A DNA stretch of 64,000 nucleotides. Source: an uncultured bacterium (lineage in GTDB: Bacteria > Patescibacteriota > Minisyncoccia > Phycocordibacterales > UBA9973). The notes under the pieces are model-generated. The model saw only the letters and a program-made list of their open reading frames with translations, made no database searches and was not told the origin of the DNA. A program made the position numbers and the translations under genes. Below, piece by piece: positions 57,392 through 64,000 of this stretch. Numbering within the stretch: the first letter of the stretch is position 1; each line of letters begins with the position of its first letter. The DNA lies in the NCBI GenBank assembly GCA_903894565.1, contig CAITQP010000005.1, positions 28,971 through 92,970 of the forward strand, in the 5' to 3' direction.

Positions 57392-59992
57392 TTGAAAGAT
57401 AAAGAACATCAAAACTGGATACGTGTGCGTGGCGCAAAAACGCACAATCTCAAAAACGTCGATGTTGATATGCCTCGAGACAAAATGGTCGCAGTGACCG
57501 GAATGTCTGGTTCAGGAAAATCATCACTCGCGTTTGATACGATATTTGCAGAGGGTCAACGTCGATACGTTGAGTCGTTGTCTTCGTATGCCCGTCAATT
57601 CTTGCAACAAATGCCAAAGCCTGAGGTGGAAGAAATTACCGGACTTTCTCCTGCTATTTCGATCGATCAAAAATCTCGCTCGAACAATCCTCGTTCGACA
57701 GTCGCAACAATTACTGAAATTTACGATTATCTTCGTGTGCTCTATGCGCGTATCGGCCGACCATTTTCGCCGATCTCAGGACTCGAAGTAAAAAAACTTT
57801 CCAACCAAGAAATTTCTGATTTCGTTCTGAAGAAAGTAAAAGATGTTCTTAAGAATTCAAAAGGAAAAGAAAAAACAGTAATGGGTGTTTCATGGGTTGA
57901 TGCTCCGATTTCAATTTACGCACCACTCGTGCGTGGACGAAAAGGTGAGTACTATCAGTTGCTCTATGACATGCTTTCAAAGGGATATGAGAAGGCGCGT
58001 ATTGATGGAGCAGAACACAATCTCCGCGATCGAATCGAATTGTCCAAGAATGCAAAACATGAGATTGATATTCTCGTGGATTCGTTTGCCGTGCATGAAT
58101 TTACTGACCGACCAGCTGATATGGAAATGCGTTTGGCTGAAGCAATCGAGCGCGCGATTCTTGAGAGCGATGGATTGATCCGCATCGTAACCCCAGAAGA
58201 AGATTCACTTCTTTCTGCGAAACTCGTGTGTCCAGAAGATGGCTATGTATTTCCTGAAATCGAACCACGTTTGTTCTCCTTCAATTCACCATACGGTGCA
58301 TGTCCGTCATGTAACGGTCTTGGAACAAAACATTTTCTTGGAGGTGAACCATGTCCTGATTGTAAAGGAGCACGTCTTCGTGAAGAAGCACTCAATGTAT
58401 TTCTTGGCGGAAAAGAAAATGGAAAGAATATTGTTGATTTTACCAAGATGACTGTTCGTGATGCGCATGAATTTCTAAAGACACTCAAACTCACACCAAA
58501 AGAAAAAGAAATTGCAGCAGCTATATTGAAAGAGATCGGAGACCGTGTACAATTCATGCTCAACGTGGGTCTTGATTATCTTGGTCTTGATCGTCGAGCG
58601 AATACACTCAGTGGTGGAGAATCACAACGTATTCGCCTCGCATCTCAACTCGGCTCACGCCTTGTCGGTGCCATGTACGTCCTCGACGAACCAACGATAG
58701 GTCTCCATCAACGCGACAACGACAAACTCATTGCCACATTGCTCGAACTTCGCGATCTCGGAAACACGATCATCGTCGTTGAACATGACGAAGATACTAT
58801 TTACGCATCGGACTATATCGTTGATATTGGTCCGGCTGCTGGAGTACACGGCGGAAATATTATCGAAAGTGGCTGGCTCGATACGTTGCTTACGGCAAAA
58901 ACAAATCCATCAGGCAGTCGTACACTTGCGTATTTGCGTGGAGAAGCAAAAATTCCTGTACCAGAAAAACGTCGCGAAGCAGACAAAGGCAAATTGCAAA
59001 TTGTCGGTGCGAAGATTCACAATATTGATAATGTGAATGTAGATATTCCGCTTGGTCGCCTCGTGTGTATCACGGGAGTATCAGGTGCGGGGAAGTCGTC
59101 ATTCATGGACGACGTACTTGCTGCGAACCTGTCTGCTCAATTCGACAAAAAATATCGTTCAAACAATATTTATAATTGTTCAAAATTCCTCGGCCGTGAA
59201 TACCTCACTCGTGCAATTTTGATTGATCAAAGTCCAATTGGACGTACTCCTCGATCCAATATCGCGACGTATACAGGCGCATGGAGTCATATTCGTGATA
59301 TGTTTGCTGAGACGGAGGAAGCCCGACTTCGCGGATGGAAGGCAAATCGATTCTCTTTTAATGTGAAAGGTGGACGTTGTGAAGCGTGTGAAGGTCGCGG
59401 AGTCATTGCTGTTGAGATGCACTTTTTGCCGACAGTATATGTCACTTGCGATGTGTGTAATGGCAAACGTTTCGACAAAGAAACACTCAAAATAAAATTC
59501 AAAAAGAAGAATGTGTTTGAAGTATTGGAAATGACTGTTGAAGAAGCAAATATATTTTTCCGTGATATTCCAGCGATTAGTGATCGTTTACAAACATTGC
59601 TCGACGTAGGTCTCGGGTATATCAAAATCGGACAAAATGCGACAACACTCTCTGGTGGAGAAGCACAGCGTGTCAAAATAGCGAGTGAATTGTACCGCCC
59701 GTTTATTCACAAGGCGATGTATTTGCTCGATGAGCCGACAGTCGGACTTCACTATGACGACGTCGCGAATCTTGTTGATGTACTCCAGAAGCTCGTCGAT
59801 CGTGGTAACACTGTCGTCGTGATTGAACACAATCTAGACCTCATCAAATGCGCCGATCATCTCATCGACTTTGGTCCAGAAGGAGGAGACAAAGGAGGAA
59901 AGATTGTTGCAAAGGGAACACCCGAAGAAGTAGCAAACAATGCAAAGTCGCATACTGGCTACTATCTCAAGAAAGTACTGAAGAAAAAATAA
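57392..59992 (+). CDS. uvrA: Excinuclease ABC subunit A
   Basis: Two ABC modules ([48 protein letters not shown]) plus Zn fingers. TTG start. Confidence 0.95.
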   Translation: MKDKEHQNWIRVRGAKTHNLKNVDVDMPRDKMVAVTGMSGSGKSSLAFDTIFAEGQRRYVESLSSYARQFLQQMPKPEVEEITGLSPAISIDQKSRSNNPRSTVATITEIYDYLRVLYARIGRPFSPISGLEVKKLSNQEISDFVLKKVKDVLKNSKGKEKTVMGVSWVDAPISIYAPLVRGRKGEYYQLLYDMLSKGYEKARIDGAEHNLRDRIELSKNAKHEIDILVDSFAVHEFTDRPADMEMRLAEAIERAILESDGLIRIVTPEEDSLLSAKLVCPEDGYVFPEIEPRLFSFNSPYGACPSCNGLGTKHFLGGEPCPDCKGARLREEALNVFLGGKENGKNIVDFTKMTVRDAHEFLKTLKLTPKEKEIAAAILKEIGDRVQFMLNVGLDYLGLDRRANTLSGGESQRIRLASQLGSRLVGAMYVLDEPTIGLHQRDNDKLIATLLELRDLGNTIIVVEHDEDTIYASDYIVDIGPAAGVHGGNIIESGWLDTLLTAKTNPSGSRTLAYLRGEAKIPVPEKRREADKGKLQIVGAKIHNIDNVNVDIPLGRLVCITGVSGAGKSSFMDDVLAANLSAQFDKKYRSNNIYNCSKFLGREYLTRAILIDQSPIGRTPRSNIATYTGAWSHIRDMFAETEEARLRGWKANRFSFNVKGGRCEACEGRGVIAVEMHFLPTVYVTCDVCNGKRFDKETLKIKFKKKNVFEVLEMTVEEANIFFRDIPAISDRLQTLLDVGLGYIKIGQNATTLSGGEAQRVKIASELYRPFIHKAMYLLDEPTVGLHYDDVANLVDVLQKLVDRGNTVVVIEHNLDLIKCADHLIDFGPEGGDKGGKIVAKGTPEEVANNAKSHTGYYLKKVLKKK

Positions 59993-60000
59993 TTGATCGT

Positions 60001-60996
60001 TTATCGTACGACAAGCATATCGTGGTGATACATACTCCACTCTTTTTCAAAAAGTGATTGGCTTATTTCGAGACGTCCGTATTCAGGATCGTTGACGAGA
60101 AGTATCATTTCTCCATTTATTTTTGTTTTATATCCAACAATTACATTTACGTGTGTTGGGATAAAAGGAATTGTTTTACCGCTCGGTGATTGATAGGTGA
60201 GGAGTGTTTCGTGCGGGAGATCATCAAGTGACGCAGTCCACACAATCACAGGATTATTGGAATCGATTTCATGAGTTATTGATGCAATGGTATTTTGTGT
60301 TGTTGCTTCGCTATTCGGGCGGTATTTTTGTGCGACACTGAGGACTGGTTCTTTGTCTGCTCCCCATCCAGTTGCTCCGAGTGTGCCTAGGCTATTGAAA
60401 AACCAACCTCTGACGTCACCGACGAATCCGAGTGACGGATCGCCCCAAATGTACTGTCCGCTTGTTTGTTTTTGTTTTTGAAACGGAAGAGCTTGAGGAA
60501 TTTCTTTTATGATGTCATCTTGGTTTTTGATTACTCCTTTATACGCGAGTGCCATTTCAAGACTTGCTGCCTCGCACGACAGCGGATAGATTTGTTCAAA
60601 AAGGGGAACTGAAAGAACGTGGGTTACCTCGTCAATTTTTGTGAGTGAGAAATTTCCGTTGATGGTAAATTTTGAATCGGAGATCGGTGTGTTGGTATTT
60701 GCGGTTAATTCTGTATTCATCATGGCGCGCGTGAGCGCGCCAATAGTACCGGTTGGCTCCATTTCGTGGATCATTTGATACTGTAATACAGCTGATGTTG
60801 TGAGTGTCCCATATGTTCCTGTTGGAGAAGGAATAGCAAGAAGATTCTCCCGAATGAGAATAGTTTGAGCACTGATGATTGATTGCTGTGCAAAATGATA
60901 GGGAATACCTTGCCAGAGAGAATACACAACGCTCGCGTTTGCGCTACGCGCAAACGCGAGCGTGCAGAACACAATCACAATGAGAGTTCGACGCAT
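60001..60996 (-). CDS. Secreted protein: signal peptide, peptidoglycan-binding domain, C39-like cysteine peptidase domain
   Basis: MRRTLIVIVFCTLAFARSANA signal; PG_binding_1-like LTTSAVLQYQMIHEMEPTGTIGALT; C39-like region with catalytic-type Cys context (PLSCEAASLEMALAYKG) and downstream His. Confidence 0.6.
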   Translation of the reverse strand: MRRTLIVIVFCTLAFARSANASVVYSLWQGIPYHFAQQSIISAQTILIRENLLAIPSPTGTYGTLTTSAVLQYQMIHEMEPTGTIGALTRAMMNTELTANTNTPISDSKFTINGNFSLTKIDEVTHVLSVPLFEQIYPLSCEAASLEMALAYKGVIKNQDDIIKEIPQALPFQKQKQTSGQYIWGDPSLGFVGDVRGWFFNSLGTLGATGWGADKEPVLSVAQKYRPNSEATTQNTIASITHEIDSNNPVIVWTASLDDLPHETLLTYQSPSGKTIPFIPTHVNVIVGYKTKINGEMILLVNDPEYGRLEISQSLFEKEWSMYHHDMLVVR

Positions 60997-61022
60997 CGTA
61001 AACTCAATGGTAGTATGCAGAC

Positions 61023-62252
61023 ATGAAAAGTCAAGACGTGGCCAAAGCGAAATTGCCAGATACTCCAGGAGTATATTTTTTTCGCTTGGGCAGTGAAATT
61101 CTCTATATCGGCAAAGCAACATCCCTCCGTGACCGAACGAAGAGCTATTTTGCCAAAGACCTCATTGCTACTCGTGGTCCACTCATCGTCGATATGGTGT
61201 TCAAGGCTGACACGATTACATTCGAACAAACAGACTCCGTACTTGAAGCACTTATTCTTGAAGCAAATCTGATCAAGAAATATCAGCCGTATTACAATAC
61301 AAAAGAAAAGGACGATAAAAGTTGGAACTATGTTTGTATTACCAAAGGGGACTGTCCGATGGTGTTAGTTGAGCGCGGAAAGAATATCAATTTTGAGACG
61401 GGGACTACCTCAAATAGTGTGGTGTTGAGTGATTGGTACGGACCATTCACGAGCGGGACACAGCTCAAAGAAGCACTCAAAATTATTCGCAAAATTTTCC
61501 CTTTTGTCGATGCCTCGAGCGCGAAGCGCGACAACTATGAATTTTATCGGCAGCTTGGACTCACGCCCGATGTCTCGGGTGAGGAAAAGCTCACGGCATA
61601 TAAACGCAGTGTTCGTAACCTGAAGTTATTTTTTGAAGGAAAGAAAAAAACAATAGTGACCGAACTTGAACGAGAAATGAAGCTTGCTGCAAAGGCTGAG
61701 CGTTTTGAGGATGCGTCGCATATTCGCAATCAACTTTTTGCACTTGGTCATATCAATGATATCGCACTGCTAAAAAGTGATCCAAGTATTCGAAAAGAAA
61801 AAGCTGGTTTTCGGATCGAAGCATATGATGTTGCGCATATGAGCGGAAAAAACATGGTCGGTGTCATGACGGTCATGGAAGATGGTGAGGTAAACAAAAA
61901 AGAATACCGTACATTTACCGTGCGAGGATTTACGAAAGCAAACGATACGGGTGCTCTCGAGGAAATTCTCTCACGCAGACTTCGCCATACGGAATGGGGC
62001 ATGCCCGATCTCGTGGTGGCCGATGGAGGAGAGGCTCAGCTTCGTGTTGCTCGTCAGGTGCTTGATCGGTATCAACTAAAAGTTCCCGTTGTGTCTGTGG
62101 TCAAAGATGATCATCACAAGCCAAAAGATTTTTTGGGTGATATGGATATGGTAGAAAAACACAAAAAAGAAATCCTGTTAATGAATTCTGAGGCGCATCG
62201 TTTTTCGATTCGTCTACATAAAAACAAACGAGACAAGAATTTTTTGCCGTAA
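61023..62252 (+). CDS. uvrC: Compact UvrC-like excinuclease subunit (GIY-YIG, UVR and RNase-H-like endonuclease domains; no HhH)
   Basis: GVYFFRLGSEILYIGKATSLRDR (GIY-YIG), UVR motif ELEREMKLAAKAERFEDASHIRNQLFAL, C-terminal endonuclease domain (RIEAYDVAHMSG...PDLVVADGGEAQ...EAHRFSI). 409 aa. Confidence 0.75.
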   Translation: MKSQDVAKAKLPDTPGVYFFRLGSEILYIGKATSLRDRTKSYFAKDLIATRGPLIVDMVFKADTITFEQTDSVLEALILEANLIKKYQPYYNTKEKDDKSWNYVCITKGDCPMVLVERGKNINFETGTTSNSVVLSDWYGPFTSGTQLKEALKIIRKIFPFVDASSAKRDNYEFYRQLGLTPDVSGEEKLTAYKRSVRNLKLFFEGKKKTIVTELEREMKLAAKAERFEDASHIRNQLFALGHINDIALLKSDPSIRKEKAGFRIEAYDVAHMSGKNMVGVMTVMEDGEVNKKEYRTFTVRGFTKANDTGALEEILSRRLRHTEWGMPDLVVADGGEAQLRVARQVLDRYQLKVPVVSVVKDDHHKPKDFLGDMDMVEKHKKEILLMNSEAHRFSIRLHKNKRDKNFLP

Positions 62253-63202
62253 TGCGATATACTGAGTATATGATTCGTGTTGGAGTACTTCGTGGAGGAG
62301 CAGGAACAAATTACGAGCAATCACTCGCGAGTGGAGCCTACGTACTTAAACATCTTCCTTCTGATCGCTATGAATTGATTGATCTGTACATCGACACCGA
62401 GGGGACTTGGCATCTTGGAGGTCTTCCAGTTTCAGAAGAACGATTGCGTCATCGAGTAGATGTCATTTGGAATACACTGCTTGGTTATTTTGGAGCAGAT
62501 GGGAAAGTGCAACAATTGTTGGAACGGCTTGGAATTCAGTATACGGGGAGTGGCCCGCTCGCTTCAGCTATTGTCGCTAATCGCAAGTTACAAAAAGATC
62601 GACTCGCTACTCTCGGGATACTTACTCCCCGCGGAGTCTTTATTGAATCATGGGGAGAGGGATCATATGATGAAAAGGTTGTTGATGGTGTCGTTGGAAC
62701 AATTTCAAAAAAATTTTCTCCGCCATGGATTATCTCGCCACTGTATCCGAGTGACGATCCTTCGTCGGTGATTGCAAAAACCCGAGTTGACCTCACTGAC
62801 ATGCTTCAAGAGAAATGTCAGAACAAAATTCCAGTACTCGTTGAAGAAGCGGTATTCGGACAAAAAGTATCTGTTATTGCCTCGAGTGGTTTCCGCAAAC
62901 AAAAAACATATACATTTTTACCTGTTGAAAAAAAAGATGGTGCCTATCGAAAATTAAGTAAGAAAGAACGCGATAGTGTACAGCACATTGCGAAGCATTT
63001 GCATGAGAGCCTCGAGCTCGGTCCTTATTCGTGCGTACACGCGATTGTTTCTACGAAAGGGAAGGTATATATTCTCGGCATTGATACGGTGCCAGTCCTT
63101 CATTCAGAATCCGTACTTCATGAAATGCTCTCGTCCGTTGGCTCTTCGTTCGGTGAATTTTCGGAACATATGATCACTCATGCTCGTACGCGAAAGGTCT
63201 AG
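62252..63202 (+). CDS. ddl: D-alanine--D-alanine ligase-family ATP-grasp protein
   Basis: RVGVLRGGAGTNYEQSLASGAYVL Ddl-like N-terminus, ATP-grasp C-terminal half. Start overlaps the uvrC stop (TAATG). Confidence 0.65.
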   Translation: MRYTEYMIRVGVLRGGAGTNYEQSLASGAYVLKHLPSDRYELIDLYIDTEGTWHLGGLPVSEERLRHRVDVIWNTLLGYFGADGKVQQLLERLGIQYTGSGPLASAIVANRKLQKDRLATLGILTPRGVFIESWGEGSYDEKVVDGVVGTISKKFSPPWIISPLYPSDDPSSVIAKTRVDLTDMLQEKCQNKIPVLVEEAVFGQKVSVIASSGFRKQKTYTFLPVEKKDGAYRKLSKKERDSVQHIAKHLHESLELGPYSCVHAIVSTKGKVYILGIDTVPVLHSESVLHEMLSSVGSSFGEFSEHMITHARTRKV

Positions 63203-63281
63203 ACCTCTTTTCCACATCCGGGTCGAGTTTTTTATGCAAGAAGAGTATACTTATATTACTAGTAATTAATTAGCAGTATTT

Positions 63282-63749
63282 ATGAAAAACAAACAAGCTG
63301 GTTTTACCCTTATTGAACTTTTGGTTGTTATCGCTATCATTGGAATTCTCGCAACGATAGTCCTTACATCACTTGGAAGTGCTCGTGTGAAGGCAAACGA
63401 TGCGAAGGTCCAAGCACAACTTTCTTCCATGCGTGCACAAGGAGAAATGTTCTTTGGTGATAATTCTAGCTACGGCAGTTCACAGTCTTCATACGGAGAT
63501 TGCCACACAGGTGAGTTGTTCCTTGCTGGATCAAACACGCTCTTCTCACTTATTTCTGCAATACCATCAACATACACTGTTACTTGTTACGAAGATCCAT
63601 ATGGCTCAGGAAGTGCAACTGCTTGGGGCGTCACTGCTTCGAACGGGCTCGCGATTGGAGGTGCTTCGTGGTGCGCGGATAGTACTGGCCAGTTTAAGAA
63701 CTACTCAGGATCAACTCCTGCGACCCCGTTGCTTGCTGTTTGTCAGTAA
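63282..63749 (+). CDS. Type IV pilin / pseudopilin (prepilin-type N-terminal cleavage-methylation domain)
   Basis: MKNKQAGFTLIELLVVIAIIGILATIVL class III signal; two Cys pairs in the C-terminal region. Confidence 0.8.
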   Translation: MKNKQAGFTLIELLVVIAIIGILATIVLTSLGSARVKANDAKVQAQLSSMRAQGEMFFGDNSSYGSSQSSYGDCHTGELFLAGSNTLFSLISAIPSTYTVTCYEDPYGSGSATAWGVTASNGLAIGGASWCADSTGQFKNYSGSTPATPLLAVCQ

Positions 63750-63765
63750 TGAGATTTTTTGATTA

Positions 63766-63809
63766 ACACGCAGTAAAAAAACGCCATTAGGCGTTTTTTT
63801 ACTGCGTGT
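63766..63809. terminator. Bidirectional intrinsic terminator between the pilin gene and tRNA-Ala
   Basis: ACACGCAGTAAAAAAACGCC-ATTA-GGCGTTTTTTTACTGCGTGT. Confidence 0.7.
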
Positions 63810-63836
63810 ATCGTGTTGTCGAGAATCGAACGGTTG

Positions 63837-63909
63837 TGGACCCTAGGAGATTCGAACTCCTGACCTCCTCTTTGCAAAAGAGGCGCTCTACCAACTAAGC
63901 TAAGGGCCC
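63837..63909 (-). tRNA. tRNA-Ala (anticodon UGC), 73 nt, G3:U70 identity pair present, no encoded CCA
   Basis: Reverse complement GGGCCCTTAGCTTAGTTGGTAGAGCGCCTCTTTTGCAAAGAGGAGGTCAGGAGTTCGAATCTCCTAGGGTCCA. Anticodon loop TTTGCAA. Acceptor stem GGGCCCT/AGGGTCC with a G3-U70 wobble. Confidence 0.85.
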
Positions 63910-64000
63910 AAAAAATAACTTCGGTATTGTAGCTTAGATTTATCTTTTTCGCAAGAAATGACTATTTTAATCAGACTATTTTAGGGCAAGAAATTCACTT

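Noticed and set aside
63810-63836. Partial tRNA-like T-arm (GTTCGATTCTCGAC) just 3' of tRNA-Ala on the minus strand
   Set aside because: It does not fold into a full cloverleaf. Probably a tRNA trailer or chance similarity.
1-64000. Genome-wide genetic-code reassignment of TGA (code 25 Gly or code 4 Trp)
   Set aside because: All long conserved ORFs are uninterrupted under the standard code and Trp is encoded by TGG, so TGA is not a common sense codon. Only TGA avoidance or unassignment is supported.

Overview
Dense, mostly housekeeping bacterial window; read on both strands it contains ~56 protein genes and 2 tRNAs. In order: gyrB 3' end, thrS, dnaE, rnhB, rpmF, a NusB-NUDIX fusion, rnc, a compact SMC, a CapA-family protein, RNase R, rpsP, a KH protein, typA, a nitroreductase, a MacAB-like ABC exporter (HlyD adaptor / FtsX permease / ATPase), trmD, rpoB-rpoC-dnaG-rpoD as one block, proA-proB-proC, tsf-rpsB, an archaeal-type proS, mreB-mreC, tgt, uvrB-uvrA-uvrC, a ddl-like ligase, a type IV pilin, tRNA-Thr(UGU) and tRNA-Ala(UGC). 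Several proteins are shortened (SMC 746 aa, UvrC 409 aa without HhH, ThrS without N1 domain); together with an archaeal-type ProRS and a surface-protein/pilin repertoire this points, by inference only, to a small-genome CPR/Patescibacteria-like organism. Transcription signals are mostly extended -10 promoters (TGnTAnAAT) and A-tract/GC-stem/T-tract bidirectional terminators. Two accessory islands stand out. (1) trmD to rpoB: an orphan gene, a Cys-rich multi-zinc-ribbon protein interrupted by a single in-frame TGA, an Ig/FN3 surface protein, a standalone SWIB-domain protein and a HigBA-like toxin-antitoxin pair. (2) proC to tRNA-Thr: a DUF378 protein, a processive GT2 synthase, a membrane-anchored CxxC thioredoxin-like protein and a 1139-aa membrane protein. 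The most striking observation is that none of ~56 CDS stop codons is TGA, while the only in-frame TGA sits inside the Cys-rich gene, whose N-terminal module upstream of the TGA duplicates its own C-terminal module. Other notable items are a NusB-NUDIX fusion, histone-like K/A-rich tails on RpoD and the SWIB protein, and a 35-bp perfect inverted repeat between rpsP and the KH gene.
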